Positions 47,531 through 61,700 of a stretch of DNA of 64,000 nt are shown piece by piece. Every line of letters begins with the position of its first letter. Position 1 is the stretch's first letter. This stretch comes from Podarcis erhardii. Its lineage: Eukaryota. The notes below the pieces were generated by a model that made no database searches, was not told the origin of the DNA, and was given only the letters and a program-made list of their open reading frames with translations. The DNA lies in the NCBI GenBank assembly GCA_964252035.1, contig OZ176200.1; one strand, given 5' to 3'. The translations under genes and the position numbers were made by a program.

Positions 47531-47761
47531 CAGTGGTACTTTGGGTTAAGTACTTAATTCGTTCTGGAGGTCCGTTCTTAACCTGAAACTGTTCTTAACC
47601 TGAGGTACCACTTTAGCTAATGGTGCCTTGCGCTGCCGCCGCACGATTTCTGTTCTCATCCTGAAGCAAAGTTATTAACCCAAGGTACTATTTCTGGGTT
47701 AGTGGAGTCTGTAACCTGAAGCGTCTGTAACCCGAAGCATCTGTAACCTAAGGTACCACTG
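47531..47761. mobile_element. Tc1/mariner (Tigger/pogo-like) MITE, family copy 2
   Basis: TA-cagtggtact...ggtaccactg-TA; same internal sequence as 253-472, with one extra ctgtaacc-gaagc unit. Confidence 0.85.
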
Positions 47762-48909
47762 TATACAACTGAAAATGGCCCTTCTTCAATGGGTCCTTTA
47801 ATACAGGGATGGCTAACTTTGGAGTCTATGACTGCACTGACCCAGGGTGAATCCCCTGGGGGCCATGCAGAAAAGGAGACATGGCCTTACTTTTAAACAA
47901 AAAAACTGTGACCTTTTTGGGGGGAAAATCCTTGTATAATTCATTCAGAAGCAGTAACACCAAGCACACCTTCACTCCCAAAATTGCTTTCATTGATTAA
48001 GCAGCTGGACTTGACACTGAACTTCTGGGTAGGAGGATAAATTCCCAGGAAGGCACATCTGTTTTTGGGACCCCCAACAGTGGCAGGAAAGGAGCAGCAG
48101 CTGGCGCAACTCCAGAGCAGGTAAACTTTTACTGCCTCCATGCTCTGCTTTTGCTGCTGCTCTTCCTGAAAGGAAAGGGGGAAATCCAGACCATTCCTGG
48201 GGGACCACAGAGAGAGAGACACACAGAGACATGCAAAAATCACTGAAATGCAGCAGCTGGCCTTGATTATAGACTTCTAGGAGTGGTGGGGAAATTAAAC
48301 AATTGTTTTTTGGGCTACAGAGGGGGCATTTTGAGTTAATTACCATAGCACACTCACTCCAGTACTTTAGCCTCCAAGTTTCAGTAGTTCAAACTTAAAA
48401 GCATCTCAGCACTCTCATCAATCATGGATTTTCTTTTTTTTAAAAAAGAATTGCCACAATTGTTTGCTCACAGCTTTGTGAGCAAACAATTGCTTGCTCT
48501 GACAGCTGTGATGATGTGAAAGCAGTCACCTTTTTCTGCTACCACAAGCCCCGCTTGCTCCTCCAACAGTTGTGATCCTTCTTCAACAGTCAAATCATCT
48601 AGGGAAATTTTACTCATGATGCTACACCCTACAGAATATCACAGGGCAGTATTTTCACCCATCCCAGGGGGTGGAAAGAGCAACCCTGACCCTCCTAAAG
48701 GAGCCTGTTCCAGTGCTTTAGTTTGTAACAATGAGTCTCCTGTTTCTTACAACCAATGCTTCACTGTGAGGAGAGGGGCTTATACTTAGAAAGAGAAATG
48801 GTCTTTAAGGTACATAGGCCCCAGGCAATTAAGAGCTTCAAACACTAGGAAGCTAACCAGCAGCCAGTTCAACTGCTGCAGTACTGAGTGAATATGGTCT
48901 CACCTCCCA

Positions 48910-49060
48910 AAATGTACCAGTAGGAAAGCAGTGGCATTCTGCAGCTTCCAAATGATCTTTTTGGCACTCTCTCACACAAAGCGCAATGCAGTGATCATTC
49001 CTAGAGACTATAAAAGCTCAGTACACACGGCTAGACCCTTTCCAATAAATACCAGAGCTT
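48910..49060 (-). mobile_element. Highly degenerate L2 RT-region remnant
   Basis: cattctgcagcttccaaatgatc...gcaatgcagtgatc...ctagagactataaaagctc resembles reverse-strand L2 ORF2. Confidence 0.4.
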
Positions 49061-49767
49061 AGGTAACACAGATTTTTTTTAAAAAAATTAATGCTTACAT
49101 GTTACTTTTCAACAGATCTGAACCATATTTAATTGCATTAAATTGAAATTGGTATCAAAGCATCTGTTTCCAGCTTTTGTTTTCAGGATCACAGAGAGGC
49201 ACCATGCCTCAGAATACCACACAGCAGGAAAAACCTATTGCACTCATGTCTTGCTTGAAAATCCTATTTCACTCATTTGTCCCACATGATGGACCACTGT
49301 GGGAAACAGGATGATTGCACTAGGTAGCCTTTGTCTGTGCTCCCTACTTGAATTTCCACATGTCTGCTGTCTTGACTCCTGTGGAATTTTTCATTTGGAG
49401 CAAGACAAACAGGGGTTGTCCCCGATAAAAAATTACAGTATTCTTGCTGCTGTTTGACAACTTTTTATGCACTACACAGCAGCCTTCATGGACGAAACCA
49501 TCGAGTATCAGAAGAAGCCTATGATTTGGCCATGTTTTGTGGGCTTCTCATTTCCTGCAGCACACACACTCCATCTGACTACTTTTAATGCATTCAAGCT
49601 CTCCTGACTTGCTTGCAAATATTATTACTATTATTAACTCCTTGGGATTTACTGGTCTCCATGCTTTATTTAAAGGGCTACTTCCATCCATCGTTTTGTC
49701 ACTTGGAATGTCTTCATTTTTCTATAGCTTATGAAATAAAAATCTCTGCAAATCAGGGAAGCTAAGG

Positions 49768-49930
49768 CTGCATACATACAATGCATTTAAAGCAAGCACC
49801 CCCTCCCCCCCCAAAAAAGAATCCTTTGTTAAAAGTGCTGGGAATTATAGCTCTGTGTAGGGTAAACTACGGTTCCTATTAATCTTGGCGCAGTGTTCTG
49901 TCCTTACAGCATTTGGTGATTATGCAGTCC
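49768..49930. mobile_element. Old palindromic MITE (possibly PIF/Harbinger)
   Basis: Termini ggctgcata / tatgcagtc preceded by TAA; internal ctgggaattatagc / actacggttcc remnants. Confidence 0.5.
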
Positions 49931-50102
49931 GAATCAAATGTTTAATTTAATAGTAAGAAACTCAACAAATCTGTCAGCTGCATGTTAACTGGTAGCTCAT
50001 ATCTGTAGCTGTTTTTGTATTTTACCTTATGTTCATCTCACTCATCTTTCATCTTATATAAAAGTAGCCAAAACATAGAGGAATATGATACTTGCTACTT
50101 AC

Positions 50103-50214
50103 CATCAGTTAACAATGCTCTGCTTGTGAGCACATTCCCCAACATAAATTTGATCACTGCCAAGGTAGTACAAAGGATTCCACTTAAAATAGAAACACTA
50201 TATAGAAAGTTATC
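50103..50214 (-). CDS. TMEM163: TMEM163 coding exon (exon 6 equivalent): DNFLYSVSILSGILCTTLAVIKFMLGNVLTSRALLTD
   Basis: ttccAG acceptor and GTaagt donor; 112 nt; lies within ORF 50095..50277. Confidence 0.97.
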
Positions 50215-51041
50215 CTGGAAAAGAAAAATGAAAAATATATTATGTGTCACTTTTGCCATGTAATACAAAGCTGTCAAATAAATGTATAGATCTGGGCCCG
50301 AACAAAACGCTTCTGGAGGTGGCTTTGGCTAGATATATCTGAACAGCTGTGAGTGTGGGCACACGAGCAATTCACACACATATCTCAATCAGTAAATGTT
50401 ATCTTCGAAAGGGAACTACATTTCTCTCCCATAGGGATATGTGAGAGTGATGTTCTTACCCTCTCTGTGCAAGAAAGATCAACAACTTCCCCATTCAAAC
50501 ATACTTCAGGAGCATGAAAAAGGTGCAAGATTCAGCAGCACATCTGCTGGAGCACACCAAAGCCTTCCAGGATGGATCAAAATCCACAATGGCTGAGAAG
50601 AAAAGGAAAAACTAGCCCCTAGCACAGAGCCATCTTTCCCATTGGGTGGGCTGGCGGGTGTGCAGCTTCCTTCCCAAGCCTCCGCGGGAGGAGAGCGATC
50701 CCCACAGAGGCATAGGATAGAAGCTGCGCCCCGCCAACTGTATGGCTGGCAGACGTGCAGCTGTCTTCCCAAACCCCCGCGGGAGGAGAGCGATGCCCGC
50801 AGAGGCTTGGGAAAAGGTTGACAACTCTGGGAAACGGGGGTGGGGCGCCGGATATGCTTAAAATGGCCCTGTCCTAGTAGCTTGTCTGGCAAGTATCCTG
50901 GAAGGGGGGATTAAGTTGCAAGGATGTGTACTATGAGAGTAAACATACAGGTTCTGGGCTGGCTAGCTGCCAGCCCTGAATATGACCACTGATAGCTATA
51001 TAGCAGAAAACAAGGGTTATGGAAAGTGGGAAGGGGGCAGC

Positions 51042-51194
51042 CATGGGAGTAGCCAGGATTTATTTTGGGGGTAGACTTTATGTTTGGGGGACAGAACAAA
51101 GTCATCTGCAACACACCTGGTCAGTTAGTTAGGTATTTTTATATACATACCTGATTTGGGGGGGGGCAGCTGCACCCTCCTGGTTATGCCCATG
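51042..51194. mobile_element. Short hAT-like MITE
   Basis: TIRs catgggagtagccagg / cctggttatgcccatg; flanks ggggcagc / ggggtaac match at 6 of 8 positions. Confidence 0.65.
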
Positions 51195-51548
51195 GGGGTA
51201 ACTGTGACTCCCTCCCCGCACTTTCCTCTAGCATTATATAGGAATAATGAGAAGGAGAGGAAAAATGAGACCCATTCTCTTTCCCAGATTCTCTGCTCTA
51301 TCAGTGCTCATATTCAGGGTTGCCAGGCAATCCTAAACCTGATCCCTCCATCTCTTTATAGAACAGGGATGGGGAAGAATAAAAGGGTCCATTTCCCTGT
51401 CACCCTTCCAGAAATGCCTCTCCTGCCTGGCCAGGACATTTCAAACCAGCCTGGAACAGGAAACCTCTCCTTAAGGGGTAGGGATACAGTGCAACATTTC
51501 ATTGCACATGCCACATGCACTGTCTATTTTTTAACTAGAAATAGGTTA

Positions 51549-51682
51549 CCGTATATACTCGAGTATAAGCCGACCCAAATATAAGCTGAGGCACCTAATT
51601 TTACCACAAAAAACTGGGAAAACTTATTGACTCGAGTATAAGCCGGTTCACCACACCACCACACACACTCTGGTGAGCTGGA

Positions 51683-51713
<31 letters not shown>

Positions 51714-52027
51714 CGCGCGTGTGTGTGCATGCGCACACAGCGGAGGGGGCTTCTCCCTCCCTCCAGCCCCTCCCATCCCCCTGCCTACCTAGGGTGCTGC
51801 TGAGAGGCAGAGGCTGGTGGTGGCAGCAGCAGTGGAGGAAGAACAAGCAGCCCAAAAGGGCTGCTTTCAGGCTGCTCGTTCCTCCTCCACCACCGCCAAC
51901 AGCGGCAAAGGCGGCGGAGGAGGAAGGAGCAGCCCAAAAGGACCCTCACTTGAGTATAAGCTGAGTGGGGCTTTTTCAGCATTAAAAAATGTGCTGAAGA
52001 AGTAGGCTTATACTCGAGTATATGCAG
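51549..52027. mobile_element. Tc2-like (TcMar) non-autonomous element with a GC-rich interior
   Basis: TA-ccgtatatactcgagtataagcc ... ggcttatactcgagtatatgcag-TA; internal ctcgagtataagc repeats. Confidence 0.85.
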
Positions 52028-55000
52028 TATCATACCAACTAAGATCTAATAAAACAGTATTCTCATTCTAGGATTTTATTTTATTTCAAAGTTGCATGCT
52101 CCATGCAAATATTATGACTGAAACACTCTTTAAAACCCCCAGCTTTATTTAATACAAGTAAAGAGCTGAAAAGAAGGAACAGAGGAGAAAAAGCAAGTGT
52201 AGGAGAGTAAAGGAATCCAGTTTTCAAGTACTTGAGACCAGCAAGATCTGTTCAAGGAATCCCTGCAGTATTTCAATGCATCCACTGAGTGGAGCTACTC
52301 ACCACAATATCTGTATGCCTATTCTATGTTCTTTACGGAACAATACAGCTCCCAGGGCTCTCCCACTCCACCACCTGCCCCAGGATTCCCACTGCCACCA
52401 GTACCAAGTACCACTGACAAATACGCAACTATTACAGCCTAGATTACCTTTGGGAGGCAGAATGAATGAGCTGAATTAGGAGTAGGCTTGTGCACCTGAG
52501 GGTCTAGTGAGTTGTGTTGTGCACCACAGGGTCAAGGATAAAAGATACGGCAAGAGACAAGTGGAAGTGCTTGTTATGAAGATGAAAACTGAAATGGCAA
52601 AGAGATGGGCAGTGACCTGGTATCAGCCATCACTGGTAACACATCAGGAACCTCAACAGCATCCCACTTGGTGTGAACGATTACCTTTCCAAATTAATTC
52701 ATCTTCCAGAAAACTGATCAGAAGAGACACTTTAATATGGTACTAAATTAATAAAATAACCCTGACCATCTGCTGCCATGTCCCCCAGGACCTTTCCTCT
52801 TTGTCGCCTCAGATTACCTTCTTGCCATTGCTTCTGAAAATCATTAAATAAGGAATCAAATCCATCGAGATTCATTGTTCGCTACCTCACTAGATTTTAA
52901 TTGGAGCAACAGCACTGAATTAGAAAGAGAAGATTAATTTTTAAAAAAAAAACAAAACCTAAACACTACCATAATCTGCAGCCTTCTTTTGTTTGAAATG
53001 AAACTCATTTTTGTCCAGTTGTGCCATTGTTTATATCTGCATAAGTATATCCCATTCTATCCTAAACATCTTTGCTTGTGACATAATGCAGCTACAAATA
53101 ATTATGTATTTAACTACGTTTTACACTATGCTTTGATGTTACACTGCCATAGCCATTCCAGTTACAAAGCCATTTATAAATCCTATACTAAGTACACCCA
53201 CAGCAAATCTGTGAACAAAGCAAAGTGTATACACAACAGACCTGAATGAATAGAATTAAGCCTTCTCCCTCAATAATTGCAATGTTTTTGAACTTTTCCT
53301 TCTCTCTCTCTCTCTCTCTCTAACATTTTGCTTACAAGACTGCTGGGCCAGAAAGACCTCATCTGCCGAGCTTGTTTACTTGTTCACAAACTTTAATTTG
53401 CATCTCTGCATACATATCTATTAGCATATGCAAATTTCTATCACAGGTCTGTGCTCTGAGTCTTTTAAGTGCTTGATTGTGCCCCTGATAGGGAAGAAGT
53501 GGGGGAAAGAACAGGGCAGACTTTTCTGACCTTTTTCTTTATGGTTATGCAATGATTGAACTGCAAGGCAAGCTGAAATCTTATCATATATTTCACTATA
53601 CTAGCAAATCCATCTCAATAAAAGCACGCAGGGCATCACCATGGAAACTGCACATTACAAAGAGCAAACAAGGAAGGCATTTGTGGCCCACCACCATTCC
53701 TTGCTAAGGTTATATCCTTGAATCCAGTTTTATGCTTACAAGTATAGTGTGGATGCCCTCTAACCCAAGAATACATTGTTGAGTGGCAGTGACTTCAGCT
53801 GTTTCCAAATCACTTAATGCCCATCATCAAGGAGAGTGCTAGTTTCATAAACAGGCAACACACAACTTCAGGATTGCTCATAGCTGAGGATGTTCTTTCA
53901 AGAGTGTTTCTTTCTTACTGCACTAAACATTACTATTTAGGAAAAGGTAATTCTGTGTGATGGAACCTGCATTTGGTTAATGTACAACCGTACTAACTGC
54001 AATGCAGATACAGTACTGCTCACAGAGAATATCTACTTCCCATAAATGAAAGTATGAAAACCAGAGTATGCTGTAATTTAGACAAGGAAAGAAGGCACTT
54101 GGATTTGATCCTAATAACGCAAAAAATAGAATAGCTCTCAGAAACTGGGGAAATGTTTAAAAACAACCATAGGTATAAACCAATAAATAATATTAGTATG
54201 AAATTGTGTCTCATACCACATCCACTGTATATTTGCGACTGGGTGGTGGAACTTCCTGTATGGGACTAAGAGAAGCTATCATGCAGATGCACCCAAATTC
54301 TCTTTGTGCAAACACACACACATGATATACTCCATAATTGATTTTTACCTAAACTGTGTTGTTGTTGTTTTAACTCCCAGAAAGGCTGGACCTGGGGGCC
54401 ACAGCCCCTGCTGCCCAAGCTCTTTGATATTGCTACCCGAAGTGTGGCAGATGATGGAACTGTGAAAAACAAGTCCAGCATCTTTGTTCGGCCACTAGGT
54501 CGCAAGTGTATATACTGACCTGCACCAAAACACCACAGGGCAATTTAAAGCATAAAAATTTATTAACCACACAACCCAATAATGTCAATTATTTAACGCT
54601 ACAAAGCTGCTTTTGTTGTTCCTACGTCATTTCAATTTGGCATGCTATCACCTTTAAACCATATATATATATAGATAATAGCTGTAGCATAGTTACTACT
54701 GTTCTGTGAAGGAAGCATACTTTGATAAACTCAATTCATGGAGTGATCGAAGTCAATGCAATATTGTGTGCACACAACAGTGCACTCTCAAGAGGAGTAC
54801 CACCAGTTCCCCAAAATTAACCTTTTAGCAAATATACATCTAAGATCTGACTGTGTGCGTCAGCATAGTCGCAGATCTAGTAACGAACAGGATCAGTGGG
54901 TGAGCTGCACTGCTGTAGTCCTAGTTTTCAACCAGTACATTGTGTCTCTTAGACCAGACGTATTTTCACTACTCATCTAAAAGCACAACTAGTGTTACAA

Positions 55001-56589
55001 ATAATAGCTTCTTAAGATACATTTTTATACTGGAACGTCAGCTTTCCTTTGTTGTGGCAAATAAAGTAACCTTATTCCCATCCTAGCAAACAACATCCTG
55101 GATCATACTAATGAATGTAAACTGCACTGCCACTGCATGGATGATACTGCTGCCTGGGGAAATAAACACACTCCCTGAATTGCAAGTAGCTATTGATTTA
55201 GCACACCAAGCAAATGGTTGTACTCTCCCTGGCCCTTTGAGTTGCTTTATCAAACAAGAAAGCATATGCATTTTGTGGTACATAACAAAAGAGATAACCT
55301 ATTTTGGGGGATATGGAATTATAATAAATTATAATGAACTGCTGAATTTACAGTCTACAACAAGAAGAGAAAAACTCAAAAAGATTGTTAGTTCCTCTGA
55401 AATAAATTAATAACTTAACTGAAAAATATGTCAAGACTAACAGCACTCTTGAAAGTAACTTTCAGAAAACCATTTTCAAAATATGGGCTGTTTTTCGTGC
55501 CACTATACCAAGCCTAATAATCTCTGGTTGCATGCAAAGTGCTCTAGTGCAAGGAACTTAAAAAAAAAAAGACAATATATTTCAGAAAGCAGGATATTCA
55601 GTAAGGTTACAGCATTATTTTATACCAATTCTCAGCGCGTTACCTTCTCTTAGAAAGTATAGAGGTCATTTAGAATTAGCCCCAAGTGCACTTATCAGGG
55701 GCTTGCCTAGCTATTACTTGCTCACTATAGTAAAGAGCCCAAGGCCAGCATTTTTGCAGTTATCAGAGTGATGCCACTACCAACACAACTGCAAAGCTGA
55801 AATGATTTTTTGGACAATGCAATTTGCAACAGAGGGCAGTAGCAGGCCACAGGAATATAAGATGAGATGACAAGAGTTGCAGCAAGCAGAGTCAAATCAA
55901 TCAAAGAAGACAGCAACAAGGTTATCTCAGAGTGCTATCTACAGGTCATCAACAACCCATCCTGGACTGTGATGAAAGAAACCTCATTCAAGTTCATACA
56001 AGGCTTCTAAACAATGAGCTGTAAGTAAATGAAGGCGTAAGGAAAACTTAAAATGTTACCTTTGTATCATGGGAGCATCTGTGGCATGCACAGATGAAGG
56101 TTGCCAGTACAAGACCTGACTCTGAAACTGAAATAATGGCAAAATGGCCCCAGGAAGCCCAGAATGAAACATTTATGCAGTCTGCTAATTCCCAGGCCTT
56201 CCTTGCAACTCAGGCCTCTTTGGCTAGGAACCGAAAAGATGCACCACAACTTCACAAGAGGACTTTCTAAAATGCGGCAATCTGAAAAACTTGAGGCAAA
56301 AGACAGAAGGCTGCCTCCACCATTCCATGCACAGAAGCTAACACAAACACTGCCTTCTAGCCTATTTGTGGACTCTGCATACACCCAGAGACACAAGCAT
56401 CTGTTGGCATTCTTATTTATGCCACCTGAGGCAGCCACCTCACCCTTACTAATGATAGGGCTGGCCCTGGTGAAAAAGGATGCCCCTTGATAAATAGAAA
56501 ATTCATGTGAGCATTGTGAAAGTACCTTACAGCAGCAGCTTCCAAAATTGATTCTGAATTACACATTATATTGAGTGATTAGTCAATAT

Positions 56590-56760
56590 AATCCATACCT
56601 ACAGCATGTTGAGTATGGACATGGAACACCCTGATCTGAATCCCTGCAACACTATGGTCAAGTAGCCTTGACCAAATTTCCATCTTTCAGTCTGAAACTA
56701 CCTCACTAGGTTGCTGTAAGACTGAAACACTCCGCTCTGAAGTCCTTAAAGAAAGAGGGA
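56590..56760 (+). mobile_element. Ancient MIR-like SINE remnant
   Basis: Degenerate core ...tttcagtctgaaactacctcactaggttgctgtaagac. Confidence 0.4.
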
Positions 56761-58099
56761 ACATTAAGCCCTAAAACGGCCCAGAAACAAATGCAGACTA
56801 GAAGCCCAGCATAAAGAAAACTTATACTTGTCCTGTTCTTTGACAGAAAATGTTTTAATCTGCTATGTAAATTATATTGCTCCAAACCAAGAGTTAAATG
56901 TTATCTTTCTTAACATTTAAGGAATGGCAACATTTTCTAGTGGAAAAGTGTTGTTCCACAACCGCATGACTCAAAATCAGAGTCATGCTGCTTAAATTTT
57001 ACACCAAGCTAGGAAAGCCTATTCTGAAAAGAAGCTTAATTCATGAAATCTGGCATTTTCAAATAAATTAACATTTCTAAAAGTCTCTGGAAAATATGCT
57101 CCTTTGTGTCAATTTAAATGGGTTACAATGCACTACATGGGCTTCATTCTCAGACATTGCTGGGTAAAATTCCACACTTATGTAAATGCAATCTGAACTC
57201 TAGCACAAAATACTATTTTGAAGACTCTAAACTTTCACTTTAAACTGCTTCAAGCCTTTAGGGATGTAGGCGTGAATTATTATTTTTCCAGTAACCCAAT
57301 TCACAATAAGAGGTGGCTCTTTAATCCAAATTATGCACAAAATCCAGCTGCATGTGGAAAACATCCAAACATATTAGTAACCCGGTAATATATGTGCATC
57401 TCCATGTATTATCCATATAGTAGCCTGTGCTATCATGTCCCTCTGTCCTCTTTTATATAGAACAAATGTCTGGTTATTTTACAGAAGATGGTTTTGATCT
57501 CCATTGCAGGCCAGAAAAGGGTATGAGGGAAAGAAGGCAGCAGGATGATTGCCATATTACTTTAAAATCATAGCTCTTTATGGTTTCTATTTACAGTACT
57601 GTATTACTCCTTTCACACATATAGTAAGTTGGATACAGCACCAATATGCTGTGCTTTTCCAGCATGAGATTTGCATAATTTTGACAGCTTCCAGACATGC
57701 AGCATGAGTGTTTGTCCATGAATGTTTGTGAATATTGTTCAATGTTCACTTTCACAGTCTGTATCTTTCACCAATTTTGCAAAGCAACAATGTGCCTGTA
57801 GCCTCAAGTTGACATATGGTTTCTTGGCTGCAGCAAGTTATGGAACATAAATTTACAGTTTAGGAAATGTAAGTAAATCTGAATCCAACCCATTCCACCT
57901 TCTTCTTAAAGCTTCCCTAGATTCTCTATCTTTGGATTAAACCTATATCTCTCTAGATGTTGTTGGACTCTACAACTTCCTTCAGACCTGGCCAACATGA
58001 CCAATTGCCAGAGTTTAAGGGAGATGTAATTCAGCAATATCTGAAGGGCCACAGCCTCCTCTTTTCTGTTCTAATCATTCCTAGGTCCATTGTCTAAAG

Positions 58100-58256
58100 A
58101 AGTTTCCCAAACTTGGGTCTCCAGCTGCTTTTGGACTATGGTTCCCATCATTCCTGACCACTGGTCTTGCTAGCTAGGGATGATGGGAGTTGCTAGCTAG
58201 GGATGATGGGAGTTGTAGTCCAAAAACAGCTAGAGACCCAAGTTTGGGAAACACTG
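58100..58256. mobile_element. Second copy of the palindromic MITE, carrying an internal tandem duplication
   Basis: Same arms as 24741-24870; gctagctagggatgatgggagtt is present twice; flanks gtctaaag / gtctgaag. Confidence 0.85.
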
Positions 58257-58624
58257 GTCTGAAGTGTGAAATACAGTGGATTCTTTTATTTCTAGAAGTG
58301 AATAAATTTTAGTTATTATTGCAAAGAAAAACCATATTTGGAGCTCAATTAAGATAAATATTAGTTAATGATCAAATATGTACATTAAAGATAGAATATT
58401 TTCATGCCGTTCTGTTGAATTGTATTGTTTTTTCTCTTTTTTGTTTTCTTTCTCTTCTTTCTTTTTTGTAAGCTTTAAAAGTAATCAATATTATTTTTTT
58501 TTTAAAAAAGAATTATACAGGGACCAAGCTATAGGTGGACACAGGCATGTGCCTCCAATACCATATTATTCTAAGGCTAGATTTTAAGTTTTTCATTTTA
58601 AAAAGGTAAAATAAAAGGTCTTAC

Positions 58625-58721
58625 CACTTCTGGAAGCAATTTAATCGCAAGGTCATGGATGGCTTTGATCACTATACATAGCGAAGACAGGAGAAATATC
58701 ACACCCAAGATTACACAGGCG
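58625..58721 (-). CDS. TMEM163: TMEM163 coding exon (human exon 5 equivalent): ACVILGVIFLLSSLCIVIKAIHDLAIKLLPEV
   Basis: Minus-strand tttttacAG acceptor and GTaaga donor; 97 nt; matches the TMEM163 (CDF-like zinc transporter) transmembrane segment as recalled. Confidence 0.96.
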
Positions 58722-61700
58722 CTGTAAAAAAGAAGAAAGGAAGAAATATTTGTAACTCATTTGGAGCTTTGTGGCCTATTGATTGATGGCACACAGGATT
58801 CTGCAATGAACATAATGTTCAGAGAGTGAATGTCTACTGAAGTCCTAGAGGTTGCTATACTGAATGAAGAGAAGCACACTCTGCCCTTTGCCATTGGGCA
58901 GGAAACCAAAGGCCACTTGGGAAACTGCTCCTCCTGCATCCCATGAAAAATTATCACTGCAAAGGGAGAAAACATCACAGCAATCTTGCGGAAAAATCAT
59001 CACTGAAAGGGGGAAGATCAGCCTGGCCCCATGCAACAGCAAGGGTTAAATATCAGGTCCTTTTAATCACAAGAACGGAAAAGAGAATCACTGTTAGGAA
59101 CTCCAAGGTCTGAATTAGACATTTTGTGGTCATATGATACATGCCCTATCAACTAGTAAGCTACCAGAGTCTGAATACCCTCAGGCCTCATGGTCCAGGA
59201 ACTGGGAGGTGGGGCAGGGGCAGTTTGACAAGGTAAATGTGTACAAACTTTCTAGGAAGCATTTAGCAATTTCCCTTTTGTATTTCCCAGTGTTTAGAAG
59301 TTTAAACGATACTGTGTAAATAAGATAGAAACCTATGCAGAGGTTTCTAAACTGCAATTTAAAGTAGAAACTGTGCTGCGTTGCTAATGGAAGTCATTTT
59401 TAGGGAGTTCTCTATCTCAAACAAATCCTATGTAAACAGAACTCCTGGTAACCACGGTGTTTTGAACATCTCCCAGACTATTCTGATAAATGATGCTGTA
59501 TGATAATTCCTTTTGTAACCAGCATCTGTTTTCTTTATTATAAGAAATAAAGAAGCAATGATTCTCATCTGGCATTCAGTGTCTTGTCACCTATTGGGAG
59601 CGCAGTCTGAGGCTGTTATAATTAGCACAGCAGTGCGCTACTATTTTTTACCCTGTAGACATTAGCCAATCTGGAGGTTTGGCAGAACATGCAAAATTTA
59701 CATCAAACTCATTAAAGAGGCTGCAAAGGAGTCAGCAGGGTTCTGCCAAGCTTAAGAAATGCAAGCTCAAGTTGTGACATCATCACAACATTTTGTGGCA
59801 TACCATATTCAGAAATGAAGACATGGGGCCTTATGCTAGAGCACATTTGCTGGCGATTCCAAGATGCTAAAGCTCTGTGTTGCTCTCCCAGGAACAACTG
59901 TAAGAGCAGGAAGGAAGATTGGCTGCATAGATCACTGCAAAATCAGGCAGGATTTTCTCACTGATGTTACAGCAAGACTACAGAATTCTGTCACTGGAGA
60001 AATGAGGACAAACCTTCACTGATCTTAGGATAAATATTCAACACTTTGTGAAGGCAGATATCCAAAATAAACTTGCGTAAGGTAAGGTCCTCTACCTGTA
60101 GCAGAGATGGCACAGCCAGTCACGGGACTGTGGGACCCTTGGCAAAGCTGATGCACTCGAGAGTGTATCTATACCAAAATGTATCCTTAGCACTTGGCCC
60201 AACCTCTGCTTCTGCATCAACTCCCAGCCCAAACCAGCTTGTTTTCATTTGTTTCACAAAGCCAAGTCTCACTCATGCAGACAGGAACAGGTGCAAAAAA
60301 ATATTTTAAAAATCTAACTGGCTCTGATCATTACTGAGTCAGTCTTAACTCAGAAATTATCTGTCCACACCACTGAGAGCTCCCCAAACCCCTTCCTTTC
60401 TACCAACACCCACCCACTGATTCTTCGACCCACTTTCTTCTCTACCCCACTTTCTTGAGTGGCAGCTCTCCAGTGGTGGCAGCAAATAGGGAAGGGAAGA
60501 ATTTCTGCAAGTAGCAATGCTGTTCTGCCAATAGCAGCAGACACAAAAGGAAAGGCCTCTCCATCTTCCCCTCCCATACCTGATATACTACTATGCAGTA
60601 TGCCAGGCCACAAACAGCCTGTGGAAATGTAGCTTCCCCAAGGCAGACATTGCAGTAGACCTTGAGAGAATGCTATTTCATATATGTGGCTTACCATTTT
60701 CACACAAAAAGGGGAGGCTTAAAATAAGGGTTTTACTCTCTAACTTGCCTCCTTTTCTACCCAGCAGAGAGGAAACATACAAGGAATCAAAATCTGAATA
60801 GTTTATTACATCAAAAATCGGAAGCTTGTGTCCACATCAAATGGGATAAAATGTAGAGGAAACTATGGCTAAAATGGAAATTTATGTTTCAGGATTATTA
60901 AAATAATAATAATTCTGTGGCAGCTGCCACAGACAACAGCTATCACTTTATATTTAGCAGAATACTGACACCTTGGATAGTGTGAAAATGCAAACAAAAA
61001 GGGAGAGGAGCGCTATTATCTTTTGAATGATTTATCACTCATTCATCATATTTAGCTAGGGCAGCATCTTTTTTAATATACTTGCTGCGAAATTCTGAGG
61101 TCATGCAAAATTCATGAGTGTGCCTGTCTTTATACCTATAGCAGAATATCTTAATGGCTGAGGCACTTCTAAGTGTGCTGATTTCTCTCTGCACTGCAGC
61201 TAGAATGCTTTATTGTGCACTATACTGTTCCAGTGCTAGCAAACAATAACCTGATAAAACTAGAAAGTCACCCAAAGAGATACATAAGAATGAGAAAACA
61301 ACATTATTTACCGAAATTATGAAGAGCTATACCCAGAGAAAAGCCTGTGGAATACATCTGGGGTGCAAGTTGACTTTCCCAGCCCCTCTTCACCTACACA
61401 GAACACACACACACACACAGCCTCTCTAGGGTCTGGTAACCTAAACAACGTGACCTGTGATGTAAGGGAGATGCTGGAAAATCAGGTGAAGGTAGTGGAA
61501 AATAACTCATTTTTCAAGGATCCCCTCTATTACTTGCTCAATACACCATGTATAATTCCCTATTCCATGACTTTCTGGGGAGGCAGCCTTGATGGCCCAG
61601 CATGGGGTGGGGGAAGCAACCATTACTTCAGACTCCACAGACAACAGGGAAGTGCTTTGCAGCCATGTAAGAAGCTAGGACTGCAGATGGGAGTTTATCT

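Noticed and set aside
54843-54880. Short hairpin agatct...agatct as a pre-miRNA
   Set aside because: Only ~38 nt, with bulges and wobbles; too short for a Drosha substrate.
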